The position numbers and the translations under genes are program-made. A model generated the notes under the pieces. That model did no database searches. It had not been told where the DNA came from and saw nothing but the letters and a program-made list of their open reading frames with translations. From the IMG/VR virus record IMGVR_UViG_3300045135_002615, positions 1 to 64,000 of that record: a stretch of DNA of 64,000 bases. One strand, 5' to 3'. Shown here piece by piece: positions 23,597-33,749 of the stretch (its first letter is position 1; each line of letters starts with the position of its first letter).

Positions 23597-23813
23597 GAGT
23601 ACAATCACACATGGGGCATCTTATCATGTCTATCAAGAGATGTGTGTTACAGATAAGGTTTATATCCGAGTAGATAAGGAAAGCTCAGATGTACGGATAG
23701 GGGAGAGCACACAGACCTTCATCATATCCCCTGAGCTTATGGACGAGATTGCTAAGGGTTGGTTGGAGAAACGGGACAGATTTGATGAGGAGGAAAGTCT
23801 CTTCACACCCTAA
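23586..23813 (+). CDS. hypothetical protein
   Basis: AAGGAAG RBS, overlaps upstream gene end. Confidence 0.7.
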   Translation: MSTKSTITHGASYHVYQEMCVTDKVYIRVDKESSDVRIGESTQTFIISPELMDEIAKGWLEKRDRFDEEESLFTP

Positions 23814-23954
23814 TGGATTTCTGTCTGGCGGTGCATCGGTAAGAACAAGACCGACAACACAAAGAGTAGTTGAAAAAACTTTGGCAATCCTTACTATAAC
23901 AAAGGTATCCATTAACAGGGTGTCCTCGGGTGCCCCTCTACAAGGAAAGGGATC

Positions 23955-24503
23955 GTGATGAAGATCACATCCATCATGTTGAGCCTGATGGCTCTCCTCT
24001 TCACCACTAACGTGTCAGCAGAGGAGACTTGTTCAAGCTCTCCATACAAGCTCATTGACAACTCCTTCAAGTTTGGCATGACGAGAGCTCAAGCTGCCGA
24101 GTCCATTGTAAGGGCATACGGCTCCAAAGGCTTCATCGTGCCAAACAAGGACCTCGTCATCTTCAAGTTCACCAAGCCTGTGAAAAACCTTGAGGCTATC
24201 GCAGCTCTCATTGTTGGAGACAGGGTCGTTCGTATCATGTACACATATGATGAAAGCTTCATGCGTTCACTCGGTGGTGTGGTGCCTTCTTTCAAGCTCC
24301 TCTTTGGCAAGGTCACCGAGAAGTACGGAAGTCCTGACGGTACAAACCCTGATGAGGGTCGTGTGTGGTGGGCGAGACCTGGTATTGATCAGATGACGTT
24401 GATTGCTAAAGAGCCTCTGACCCTTCAGGTCCGCTTTGACTGCGATGTTCTTGAGTCTAACGTAAGGCAGAAGCAAGCAGAGACGGCTGAGTTCGGTATC
24501 TAA
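23955..24503 (+). CDS. exported protein with signal peptide
   Basis: MKITSIMLSLMALLFTTNVSA-EE: basic-hydrophobic-VSA signal-peptide pattern; AAGGAAAGGG RBS. Confidence 0.8.
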   Translation: MMKITSIMLSLMALLFTTNVSAEETCSSSPYKLIDNSFKFGMTRAQAAESIVRAYGSKGFIVPNKDLVIFKFTKPVKNLEAIAALIVGDRVVRIMYTYDESFMRSLGGVVPSFKLLFGKVTEKYGSPDGTNPDEGRVWWARPGIDQMTLIAKEPLTLQVRFDCDVLESNVRQKQAETAEFGI

Positions 24504-24532
24504 TGAGCTTGTGTACCCATTAGGGTGCTCAT

Positions 24533-24581
24533 AAAGACCCCCCCCAATCTACCCTGCACGGAGATTGGGGGGGTCTTTTTT
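24533..24581 (+). terminator. intrinsic terminator
   Basis: AAAGACCCCCCCCAATCT/AGATTGGGGGGGTCTTTT stem + T-run. Confidence 0.82.
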
Positions 24582-24694
24582 ATCTATTACCACACTAGGA
24601 AGGACATAGAGGTTTACTATTACTTGACCTCTAATACTCCACCACATCTCCCTTGATAGTCATATAAGAGAAAATAACTAGCAAGGAGAATAGA

Positions 24695-24952
24695 ATGAAG
24701 ATTGATTTTAAGAGCGGTGACCTTGTCATCCGCCGAGCCCAAAATGGGTTCGTAGTCTACTCGATGGGTGTTGACTCAGAGTATGACCTTTATGTGTATG
24801 AGTTTGAGGACAGCCCCCTCAAGAGCGATAGTGTGATTGAGGCAGATGCTGTACTCAAGTTGCTCGCAGACCACTTTGAGAGTTGCCTGAGGACGAAGCA
24901 CCGAGGAGGACTCAGTGTAGAGGTGAAGGAGGATGGTCATGCCGTGGACTGA
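24695..24952 (+). CDS. hypothetical protein
   Basis: AAGGAG RBS; GTCATATAAG motif upstream. Confidence 0.75.
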   Translation: MKIDFKSGDLVIRRAQNGFVVYSMGVDSEYDLYVYEFEDSPLKSDSVIEADAVLKLLADHFESCLRTKHRGGLSVEVKEDGHAVD

Positions 24953-25391
24953 GATTGTAAAGGGGGAGCGGAGGGCTTTAAATGCCCATATGTCAAGCGG
25001 AGTGGTGATCGCAAACAACATAGAATACAAACTCACTAACGCATTTGTGTCCGCGATGTCTGAGCTTGGTTTTTCTCCTGACCTCCCTCTCAATGACCAC
25101 CCTGGTTGGGAAGATGAGAGGCACGCCTTTGCAGAGGAGCTTGAAGACTTCTACAGGTTGGCAATTGACTTCAAACACAAAGCATTATGGAAGGGTTACA
25201 ACCTCACCCTTAAAACGGAGATCGAGTATCCCCGTGATTATCGAGGTGCATCCGTATTGAATGTCTCCGCTCATTTTGAGAAGGAGGGTGACTTCTATTC
25301 ATTTGAGACTCGATCAGAAGAAGTGGGTTCTTTCAGACATCTACTTGAGCTGTTGATGATGGAGTGTAGAGAGGTCTATAAGCTTCTATGA
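24939..25391 (+). CDS. hypothetical protein, paralog A (WTEIV.G family)
   Basis: MPWTEIVKG...AFVSAMSELGF; AAGGAGG RBS fits ATG 24939. Confidence 0.8.
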   Translation: MPWTEIVKGERRALNAHMSSGVVIANNIEYKLTNAFVSAMSELGFSPDLPLNDHPGWEDERHAFAEELEDFYRLAIDFKHKALWKGYNLTLKTEIEYPRDYRGASVLNVSAHFEKEGDFYSFETRSEEVGSFRHLLELLMMECREVYKLL

Positions 25392-25873
25392 GATGGACTG
25401 AGATTGTAAATGGCAAGCGTCAGGCTGTTGAAGGGATGGCATTCGATTCAATAACAGGACATGTGATCGAAGGACATACCTTCACCAACTTGACCTATGC
25501 TCTATATGGAGCTTTGAGAGAGATGGGGTTTGATGAAGTGTACATTGGAGAGGGTAAGCTGCATGAAATTCACCCTCCTATTTTCGAGCACACCCGTCAC
25601 GCCTTTTGCATAGAAACAGATTCACATGTTGAGATGAGAGGTTACTCTGTCCACCCGACCATATGGAAGGGCTACAAGCTCACACTTAACTTTTATATTT
25701 GCTACCCTAAGACCTCCGTAGGAGACTCAAGGGTTGAGCTGTCCATAAAGAAAGTAGATCAAAGAGACAGCGTTACCTACACCAAACCTACTTGGTATCT
25801 TGTATCCACCTTCACGGATATTCTTAACAAGGTTATAGATACGACCCGACAAGGGTTTTTAATGGAGAACTAA
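25388..25873 (+). CDS. hypothetical protein, paralog B
   Basis: MRWTEIVNG...ALYGALREMGF...WKGYKLTL; ATGA overlap. Confidence 0.8.
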   Translation: MRWTEIVNGKRQAVEGMAFDSITGHVIEGHTFTNLTYALYGALREMGFDEVYIGEGKLHEIHPPIFEHTRHAFCIETDSHVEMRGYSVHPTIWKGYKLTLNFYICYPKTSVGDSRVELSIKKVDQRDSVTYTKPTWYLVSTFTDILNKVIDTTRQGFLMEN

Positions 25874-26229
25874 TGTACAGCATTCAAATGATTGAAGATA
25901 ACTCACAACACAACAAACACAAGATTTTCAAGGATCACTTGTGTAGAGGGCTGACAACCCTGAATATAGACCTCACTCGTGGTGGGGTTGATGTCCCCAA
26001 GAAGTTTTTAGCGGATAAGTCCATCACCTTGAACGTGTCGCTCTTCTTTGGGGGCGACCTTGTGTTCAGTGTAGACGGGGGTGTGACCGCAGTCTTAACT
26101 TTCTCAGGTGAAAAGTATCGCTGCCATATTCCTTGGTCAGCTATCTACATGATTTCGAGTAGTAGTGATCGAACCGCCTCGGCATTTAAACAAGATGCTC
26201 CACAATGGATGGAGGTTGACGAGGTATAA
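25873..26229 (+). CDS. sspB: SspB-like ClpXP adaptor (stringent starvation protein B family)
   Basis: GVDVP...ITLNVS...DL...GV...LTFSG...IPWSAI matches the SspB core pattern as I recall it, myxobacterial/deltaproteobacterial type. Confidence 0.72.
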   Translation: MYSIQMIEDNSQHNKHKIFKDHLCRGLTTLNIDLTRGGVDVPKKFLADKSITLNVSLFFGGDLVFSVDGGVTAVLTFSGEKYRCHIPWSAIYMISSSSDRTASAFKQDAPQWMEVDEV

Positions 26230-26249
26230 TATAGACAAGGAGGTGGACT

Positions 26250-26477
26250 ATGGAAGACACAACTATTGTCTATGAAGGTGATCTCCAAGAGGTCAACATC
26301 AAAATCCAAGCCCTTGATCGTATCTCAACCATGTACTACAACTTGATTGAGCGATATGAGAACGAAGACCCATATCCACCAGAGAGTGTAGCATGGGCTA
26401 AAGAGCAACATGCGAAGATCAATAATCAGATCGCAGAGCTCTTGACCCTTAAATCCAAGCTCGGTCTTCCCTTGTAA
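26250..26477 (+). CDS. hypothetical protein
   Basis: AAGGAGGT RBS. Confidence 0.75.
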   Translation: MEDTTIVYEGDLQEVNIKIQALDRISTMYYNLIERYENEDPYPPESVAWAKEQHAKINNQIAELLTLKSKLGLPL

Positions 26478-26482
26478 TATTT

Positions 26483-26698
26483 TTGTTGCTTCTGTGTTTC
26501 TGTGTGGTACTAATGAAGGGTACCCCTCGCCACAGGAAGCACATCATGATAGCGACAAATGGATTTATCCTCATTAGCTTGATTGTCCTCCTCTCTAGCA
26601 CCCTGAAGAATGGGTTGAGAGATGGGCTTGCCATGATGTCCCTAGCACAAGGCTTTTATATGGCTCTATGGGTGTGCTTGGTTGTGGCAACCCACTAA
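26483..26698 (+). CDS. small hypothetical membrane protein
   Basis: two hydrophobic segments; start uncertain. Confidence 0.45.
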   Translation: MLLLCFCVVLMKGTPRHRKHIMIATNGFILISLIVLLSSTLKNGLRDGLAMMSLAQGFYMALWVCLVVATH

Positions 26699-26708
26699 GG
26701 AAAGATAA

Positions 26709-26909
26709 ATGAAAGAGAAGAAGGCAGCAGAGTTCCTCAAGAAGTTCCATGATCTCCAAAGAGAGTATGAGGTGGAGGTAGATGGTCCACTTGCACTATA
26801 TACGAGAGAGGGAGTTCTCTTAGGAGACATTGAACAGAACTTCGATAGTATCGACTTGGTAGAGGATGGGATCGTTCAAGCAAGCTATTCTATTGAGAGG
26901 GACTCATAA
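26709..26909 (+). CDS. hypothetical protein
   Basis: AAGGA RBS. Confidence 0.7.
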   Translation: MKEKKAAEFLKKFHDLQREYEVEVDGPLALYTREGVLLGDIEQNFDSIDLVEDGIVQASYSIERDS

Positions 26910-26959
26910 GTTTTATATCTCTACCAACCATGCCGTTGTAAACAGCATGGAGTTCGGCT

Positions 26960-27424
26960 ATGTGGTATGAAGTTAAGGGTCGAGAACGTATCGCTCAGGT
27001 AGGGTGCTCTTATGATGGGGACATGGTTTGGAACCCGCTCACTCATAAAAGCACCCCTATCAATGAAGCCCTCGTCTCCGCATTAGGAGAGTTAGGCTTT
27101 GTGCATGTGTCTAGCACAGATAAGATGGAGCTAGTGGACATTGAGGCTTTGGATAAAGCGGGGGTGACCTTTGTTGACCCCTCCTCTTTCATTCGTGAGG
27201 AGTTCTCAATCATCCGCAAAGGGGCAAAGGAAACCATAGTGGTTTACCCTGCTCCACGAGAGGATAGAATATTGTATGTGGTGTGTATGGGTGAGGAGCA
27301 ACTGCTCTTTATCTCACATACGTTCACTTCATTCTTAAATGACTTTGTTGTAGGTTTTCGCCAATGGTGGTCACGCAAACACAGCGGCACCCAAGTTTTG
27401 ACCTCTAGGGGGACAGAAGGTTGA
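26960..27424 (+). CDS. hypothetical protein, paralog C of the WTEIV.G family
   Basis: MWYEVKG...NEALVSALGELGF; GGAG RBS. Confidence 0.75.
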   Translation: MWYEVKGRERIAQVGCSYDGDMVWNPLTHKSTPINEALVSALGELGFVHVSSTDKMELVDIEALDKAGVTFVDPSSFIREEFSIIRKGAKETIVVYPAPREDRILYVVCMGEEQLLFISHTFTSFLNDFVVGFRQWWSRKHSGTQVLTSRGTEG

Positions 27425-29653
27425 GAAGGGTACGCCAAGTATAGGGTCTATGTCAGAGCCGCAGACAATAGCACCTGAAGCTACTCCTGGGCTCAAGAGT
27501 GAGATGCTAGGGGAAGCAATACGGGTAGCTGTTCGTGCGGAGGTCTGTATGACAGCAGAAGACATAGAGATCAAAGCCCCACCGACCATGTTGACCGTAC
27601 CTGTAGGAGCGATGAACTTAAATCCGTCCATTGAGTGAGTGGCTACATTGGTACCTACAGTGTTTGTACTTTGACCTACACCTATGGTGGTTGTCTCAGT
27701 ACCTGTAGCGATGGTCTTTGTGTTTGTAGTAGCCGTCAGGTAGATCTCTTCACGCCCACCATAGGCATTAGTGTAAGAGTCGCTCGGACCTCCTGGGTGA
27801 CCTGTTACAGGGTTGGCTGCAATCGTCACTTTCTTAACGGGTCCATGTAAGGCATTAAAGGAAGGTGGTCCTGCTATGACTTCATCGTAAGAACCTGTAG
27901 AGGTCACCTTAACCCTATCACCCGCAAGGTTAAGCCCACTACCTGTAGACAGATCAAGCAGACTATTAGAGTTAAGGCGTATTTCACCTGCCTCTGAGAA
28001 GTCTACTATAGGTGCTTTAAAAGACAATGAGGTGCCCGATTGGAGAGCTACTCTTTTAGTTCCATTAATGAAGATAGAGGCTTCTCTACCATCCCCTTCT
28101 AGAGGTCCGCCTTCTCTTGAACCTTCCGCTTTGAGCGTGATGGTGTTTGACGAGATGTAGCTCTCGTTGGTAGTAAAGAGATTGATACTATCCGCCCCAA
28201 GTGTCAGTTCAGCTTCAGATGAGAGTTGAACTCCACCGAGGGCAGATACTCTAACGGCATCTGAAGCGGGGCTCGACACATGAGCTTTAAACTTACCTCC
28301 CTTAGTCCATGAGGCGAAGGCATCTCTCACGTTAGAGAGAACTGGAGACACCTTCAGTAGCGTAGCTGCATGGTCTTCAACCCTTGTCTCATCATCTGCG
28401 GCGACTATCTCTTGTTCTTGAGGTACAAGAGGTAGTCCATATAGGGGCTTACCTTGGTTTGAGAACGGATCATTACCTACAGGTGTTCCTAGTACCCATT
28501 CAATGAAGGGTGTGTTAGAATCGCCACCTCTCTCATTAGGTAGTTTGTCTGCATCGAAGCCATCTGTTTGTTCGGTGACAGGTAATGTCCCATCCGTTGT
28601 ATGTGTGACTTCTATACGGTATTCAGTAAAGGCATTGCCCGTATCTGTAGCGTTATCGCCTTCAGTCCCCAACCTGAAGATAGACTTACCACCATAGGTG
28701 AGCCCCTCTAGTGTCTCATCAAAGAACTCCTCTCCTACAAGCCCTGCGTCATACAAGAACCGATAGGGATCCATAGGAGGCTCTACCTCTCCCTCAAAGG
28801 TTCGTGACCCCGTGATGTCTCCATCTTCATTAATAGTGGGGTTGTTTCTAACGAAGAGGGGGTGTGGTGAGAGTAGACCGGGTGTCTCCTCTCTGACTTC
28901 GTATTCATCGTCTAGAGGGTAGAGTGGTCTACCTTGTGTATCTAGTTGTATTGAGCTATCCCACTTGATGCCGTCAGAGAACATCTCTTTAGGTAGTGAC
29001 CGTGCATCACGTTGGACCATACCTGCGTATACTCTTGCCCCCGACATGGCATGGAACTGCTGTAGTGACCTCAATACAATGGCTTGGTCTTGATCTCGGA
29101 GTAGTATCTCGTTCGATCTACGATTGGAGAGAAGGACACTCTCATCAAGCACAAGGTCAGAACCTTGTGATGAGCTTGCACCTACGTTACCTGGTTGATA
29201 GTGTCTTAGTTTGTTCCTTACTCTAGAGTAATGGCTCTCAATCTCTTGGCGTCTCTTATTGGAGTCAAATCCTTCACCTGGTTTGAAGGATTGAGTGGGC
29301 AACCAATCATGTCCCAAGTAAGTAGCTTGAGGCCACCATGCAAGGATAGCGGGGGTCTTCCCATTAGCAGGACCTTTGGAGTCCCCGACAAACCAACCTA
29401 CGACACATTTATCTCCGATCTCAGGTATGGCACCCATGAAGTGTCTACTACCAATAGAGGGTAAGAGTATCTCCACACCACTCAAGGGGTATGAGAGGTC
29501 GCCTTCTCCGTGTATGATCTGAAGAGTACACTTCAGCTCCGCCGCATGAATCTCTAAGACTTTAGCGATGCTCAGACCTAGTGATGCCCACCCTGTAGAG
29601 GGGTCACCATCTTTACGGGCTAAGTCTTCGATCATATTCTGTGATGTCTTCAT
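27371..29653 (-). CDS. baseplate central spike protein (gp5/gpV-like)
   Basis: N-terminal OB-fold-like IPEIGDKCVVGW, beta-helix-like C-terminus, position after hub in tail module. Confidence 0.65.
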   Translation of the reverse strand: MKTSQNMIEDLARKDGDPSTGWASLGLSIAKVLEIHAAELKCTLQIIHGEGDLSYPLSGVEILLPSIGSRHFMGAIPEIGDKCVVGWFVGDSKGPANGKTPAILAWWPQATYLGHDWLPTQSFKPGEGFDSNKRRQEIESHYSRVRNKLRHYQPGNVGASSSQGSDLVLDESVLLSNRRSNEILLRDQDQAIVLRSLQQFHAMSGARVYAGMVQRDARSLPKEMFSDGIKWDSSIQLDTQGRPLYPLDDEYEVREETPGLLSPHPLFVRNNPTINEDGDITGSRTFEGEVEPPMDPYRFLYDAGLVGEEFFDETLEGLTYGGKSIFRLGTEGDNATDTGNAFTEYRIEVTHTTDGTLPVTEQTDGFDADKLPNERGGDSNTPFIEWVLGTPVGNDPFSNQGKPLYGLPLVPQEQEIVAADDETRVEDHAATLLKVSPVLSNVRDAFASWTKGGKFKAHVSSPASDAVRVSALGGVQLSSEAELTLGADSINLFTTNESYISSNTITLKAEGSREGGPLEGDGREASIFINGTKRVALQSGTSLSFKAPIVDFSEAGEIRLNSNSLLDLSTGSGLNLAGDRVKVTSTGSYDEVIAGPPSFNALHGPVKKVTIAANPVTGHPGGPSDSYTNAYGGREEIYLTATTNTKTIATGTETTTIGVGQSTNTVGTNVATHSMDGFKFIAPTGTVNMVGGALISMSSAVIQTSARTATRIASPSISLLSPGVASGAIVCGSDIDPILGVPFSTFCPPRGQNLGAAVFA

Positions 29654-32600
29654 GAGTTCTCACCCCTTTTGGTCTTAGCCTTAATGAACTGAGTCAGGTC
29701 ATCGGTAGCTTCTACGATTTGATCTACTTGTTGACCCCACTCAGCAATTTCCTTCTCAAGAAGTTTACCGACTCGATTCGCTCGATTAGCTCCCGCGATG
29801 GGAGAGCCCCTCAACGCCTTTTGATGCTCTTCCCATGTTTGCTTGTTCTCTCTAGACTTTCTAAGAGACCTAGCGATCAAGGGGTTCTCTATCTCTACAA
29901 TGGTGTTCTCAAGATCAAGTGCAGAGTAAAGGAGATCAGCTTCAGAAGTATTACCCTTACAGGAGCACATCGCTTCTGATCGTGTGGGTGGTCTGATCTC
30001 AGATAGTGCTTTAGGGGTATTCGTAATGACCTGTTCATCTGACCTCGACATCATTAAGTTGATAATCCCCTCATGTCTTAGACCAGGGTCGAACTGAACT
30101 GACTGATCATCTATGTTCAAACCATAAGCTGCATATATCCTAGAGACTGCCTCTTTATCCGTAGACATGATCTCATCCATCCTAGACCTTAACGTGTCCC
30201 TCAACTCCTCATTGAACGCATCTATACTCTCATAAGAGGAGAGGCTCTCTCTTAGATCAGCGATCTGTCTTTGAGTTAGAATACCTAGCGGGTCTTGTCT
30301 TAAAAGGATGTCAAATAGAGTCTTACGGGCGGGCTTCAAACCTCTCCCGTATTGATACGCCCCAAACACCTCATATCCTTGATCATCAGACACAGGGAAC
30401 ACAGGGGCGAACATCTTTCCTTTTTTGAACCTACGGCGAACTTCCTTGCGAGATCTACCCTTGTAAAACCCGCCCTTGATAGAGGGTACAAATGCCTTTT
30501 GCACATCGGATAGAATTTTAATGATTGCTTGAGTTCTCGCTTGAGCTGTGCCTGTCCATTTTTGATATAGCTCAGGGTAGTACCCTTTTAGCTTTGCCTC
30601 CAATGCGAAGGCTGTCTCAGTGGCGAGGACGGCAGCAACTTGAGCTTTGTTATTGTTCCCGAAGGGGAGGTCTTTAAGTCTAGTGTTTGGGTCTAAGGCT
30701 GACCCGTATATCAACCTAGATGGGAACTGCCTTGAGTTAGCATAGTCAAATCTAAACAGAGCCTCATTGAGAGTGTTCACTGTGGTAGTGGGCTTGTACT
30801 TCTTTATGATGGTTGCCTTGATGACATTCACAATGTTCTGTCGTAGTGCTCTACCAAACCCGCTCTCTGTTTCCCATTTAGATGGGTCGAAGGTGAGTCC
30901 TACTTCTACGGTATCTTCGGTGATGGTGTAGTTGGTAGAGAACGTGAGTGTCTTAATGTCTTTCGTAGGGACTACTTCAAAGCCTCTTGTAAACAGAGTC
31001 CTTGCAAAGATACCTCGAACAACAGAACCCCGACGCTGTTCAAACTCAACCACATCACCACCGAGCTCAGGGTCAGGATAGACAATATTAAGATCACTCA
31101 CGGTAGCTGAACCTGCGGGTTCAAAATAAAGTTGAGCCATATCATCTTCACCTTCAGGTGGCTTTACTGAAGGCACAGGAGGTCCCTGATGTTCGGGAGA
31201 GGGATGAGAGGATGAGAAGTATCTATAGTAGCCAGGTAGGTGAGGTGCAAAACTACTCTTCTTGTTCTCAAGCAACCTCAAGATGTTTGAGGTCTTCAAT
31301 GTTCCGTCATCAACCTCTGTCTTTCGCTGTTCACGGATAGCGAGGATCAAGTCGTAGATGGTGAAAGTAGTAGAGCCTTGAGGAGACCTTAATTGCTCTA
31401 TTGCTTCTTCAAGTGTGCGTTGAGCTGTCTCACGGAGTTGCTTAGCCTCATCTATTCGAGACCCTGAAGCATATTTAGACCTACCTGCTAGTTTAGATGC
31501 TCTCTCATCGGCTTTGACCTTCTCATAGGTAGCCTTCTCTAGAGCGGACTCACCGAGGATAACATTACGTTGAGATATGGTTCTCCTTGAGAGTTTAGAA
31601 TATGAGTATCTACCTCTACTGTCTTTTCTTAAATACTGAGTACCTTCCTTCTCAAGACCGAGTACACCCTCTTGATCACCAATCTTGATCTTCCAAGGAC
31701 CATTAAAGAGATCACCGCCTTCATCTGTTTGGATGATGCCGTACTTCTTACCTTCCATGAGGAGCATATTGCGATATGCTTCACGGACTTCGCTCCCGAT
31801 TCTGCCCATAGACTGATAGTCGAGGCTATACGTTAAGAAGCTAGGGTCCATCTTATAGGGGTCAAGAGCCATCACCACATTGGGGAAGCCCTGTAGTTTC
31901 TTTGTTTGGAAGGTATCCCCATTAACATCATTAGCGGTAGCTCTACGATAGAGATACTTCTTAGGCATTGAAGGGTCACCTAAGTCCACCGCACGGGCAG
32001 GGTCTTCATTATACTTGATGTCGGGATCTCCAGGTGGGAAGAACTTTTTCCGCTGACATGTGAGCGATAGAGTGGTGGTGCAATCACCTCCAAAGCTGAA
32101 GGAGTGATCAACTTGCTCTACATAGTAGAAGCAGTCATTTTCCTCAACATAGATGGGATAGCCTGGTTTGATCTCAGGTCTTAGAGGGATTGTGATAGAG
32201 CATGTCTCTGTTGATTTATTAGCTGAATCGAGGGCTACGACCGCAGCGTAAAAAGCCTTCCTTGCGGTGTTGTAGTATGTCGTATCAAAGGACATCTCTT
32301 TCCACCCGTACTTGGCAACCAACTTATAGTCCACATACATGCCCTTGATACCCCATTCACCCTCAACAGATGAGACTTTAATATTCCTGAAGGGTCCACC
32401 ACTACATACGACATAGGTGTACTCAGGTTCAGCGTGTTCAAAGCTGATATCTAGCGTATGTCTACGCTCAATCCTGTAGACTCTATCACCGCTGGTGTTC
32501 ATGTTGTACATGGGGGGTTTGAATACGAGGTTGCCATCAAAGTCTTGATAGAACTCATACCCGACCCTCTCCGCCACTTTATCAGCTAGAGACTTCTTGG

Positions 32601-33744
32601 AGCTATAGTTCGATTGGAAGAAGTTGACTTGCCCAAGAGCACCAAGATCAGTGATGAACTCTTGTAGGGAAAGGACATTGACAGGGTCTTCTTTTTTGCC
32701 CTCAATCGAGGGGAGCTGACGTACATCAAGACCTCTTACAAGACGACCACCTGCATCTTGAGCGACAAACCCTGCTTTCATAAGGTTGCTCAATACCGAC
32801 CTTGAGTTCCTCCTTGAGATCGTGTGTTGCTTGAGTTGACCTTTAACAACAGACTTAAACTCGTTGTCTTTGCCGTAAGGGGTGGTATCTACAAGGATAG
32901 CTTGTTCTAGTGAGTTGTACATACGCCCACTCACCCCAAACATCTTCAACCCATAGAGTCCATTTTCCCACCTGTTCTCAAGATAGCGTAGATACATAGA
33001 GTAGAACTGCTGACCTGTAGAGACTTTGCCAAGTAGGTTTGACTTCTGTTGAAGTACGAAGTTAGTACCTTGTGCCGTACCCCCCGCATCTCTAAAGAGA
33101 TCATAGATGATTTGGTGAGCAGTCATGTTGGTGTACACATGACCTTGCAGGTTGATGTTGCCCCTTGCTTCTTTAGGGTCGGCGGCGAAGTAGCCTTGTT
33201 TCTCATTTACGAACTGATTGTCCCATAGGGAGATCATAGGTCTTGCAGAGATGGATACCTTATAGGCGTTCTCAGAATAGTTGACTGACACTCCACTGAT
33301 GAAACCATGGAACACAGGGTAGTAAGGTCTTGCCTCAACCTCATTAAGCATGATGGTCTCTGAGCCACCTCCTTCAAGTTGTAGTTCAATCTCATCACCA
33401 GGTGCAGTAAGCTCAGCCGTCTTGAAGAATCCCCTGTAGTAGACGTTGATCTCAATCCCTGTAGTAAGGATAAACTCGCCGTCTTTGTAAACAAGATCGC
33501 CGTATGATTTTGGAACGGTGAAGTTAATACTACAGGAGGGGACCCCATTTACGGAGCATCCCGTGTTTACGCTATTGATGAAGGAGCTGAAGTCGATCCT
33601 GTTTTTACACTCAGGACAACCTGGCAAGGTAGTGTCACCATTAAACTGAACGATTGCGTCAGGAGTCCATGACTCAACAGTTCTATGCTTTTGTTGGAAC
33701 TCACTTGACCATGTTCCTGCGTAGGGTCTTTGATCTGTCTTCAT
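29650..33744 (-). CDS. baseplate hub protein (gp27/gpD-like) with large insertions
   Basis: ITIPLRPEIKPGYPIY...YYVEQVDHSFSFG...TTTLSL is a typical hub C-domain; follows TMP and tube-initiator-like genes. Confidence 0.65.
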   Translation of the reverse strand: MKTDQRPYAGTWSSEFQQKHRTVESWTPDAIVQFNGDTTLPGCPECKNRIDFSSFINSVNTGCSVNGVPSCSINFTVPKSYGDLVYKDGEFILTTGIEINVYYRGFFKTAELTAPGDEIELQLEGGGSETIMLNEVEARPYYPVFHGFISGVSVNYSENAYKVSISARPMISLWDNQFVNEKQGYFAADPKEARGNINLQGHVYTNMTAHQIIYDLFRDAGGTAQGTNFVLQQKSNLLGKVSTGQQFYSMYLRYLENRWENGLYGLKMFGVSGRMYNSLEQAILVDTTPYGKDNEFKSVVKGQLKQHTISRRNSRSVLSNLMKAGFVAQDAGGRLVRGLDVRQLPSIEGKKEDPVNVLSLQEFITDLGALGQVNFFQSNYSSKKSLADKVAERVGYEFYQDFDGNLVFKPPMYNMNTSGDRVYRIERRHTLDISFEHAEPEYTYVVCSGGPFRNIKVSSVEGEWGIKGMYVDYKLVAKYGWKEMSFDTTYYNTARKAFYAAVVALDSANKSTETCSITIPLRPEIKPGYPIYVEENDCFYYVEQVDHSFSFGGDCTTTLSLTCQRKKFFPPGDPDIKYNEDPARAVDLGDPSMPKKYLYRRATANDVNGDTFQTKKLQGFPNVVMALDPYKMDPSFLTYSLDYQSMGRIGSEVREAYRNMLLMEGKKYGIIQTDEGGDLFNGPWKIKIGDQEGVLGLEKEGTQYLRKDSRGRYSYSKLSRRTISQRNVILGESALEKATYEKVKADERASKLAGRSKYASGSRIDEAKQLRETAQRTLEEAIEQLRSPQGSTTFTIYDLILAIREQRKTEVDDGTLKTSNILRLLENKKSSFAPHLPGYYRYFSSSHPSPEHQGPPVPSVKPPEGEDDMAQLYFEPAGSATVSDLNIVYPDPELGGDVVEFEQRRGSVVRGIFARTLFTRGFEVVPTKDIKTLTFSTNYTITEDTVEVGLTFDPSKWETESGFGRALRQNIVNVIKATIIKKYKPTTTVNTLNEALFRFDYANSRQFPSRLIYGSALDPNTRLKDLPFGNNNKAQVAAVLATETAFALEAKLKGYYPELYQKWTGTAQARTQAIIKILSDVQKAFVPSIKGGFYKGRSRKEVRRRFKKGKMFAPVFPVSDDQGYEVFGAYQYGRGLKPARKTLFDILLRQDPLGILTQRQIADLRESLSSYESIDAFNEELRDTLRSRMDEIMSTDKEAVSRIYAAYGLNIDDQSVQFDPGLRHEGIINLMMSRSDEQVITNTPKALSEIRPPTRSEAMCSCKGNTSEADLLYSALDLENTIVEIENPLIARSLRKSRENKQTWEEHQKALRGSPIAGANRANRVGKLLEKEIAEWGQQVDQIVEATDDLTQFIKAKTKRGENS

Positions 33745-33749
33745 TGAGA

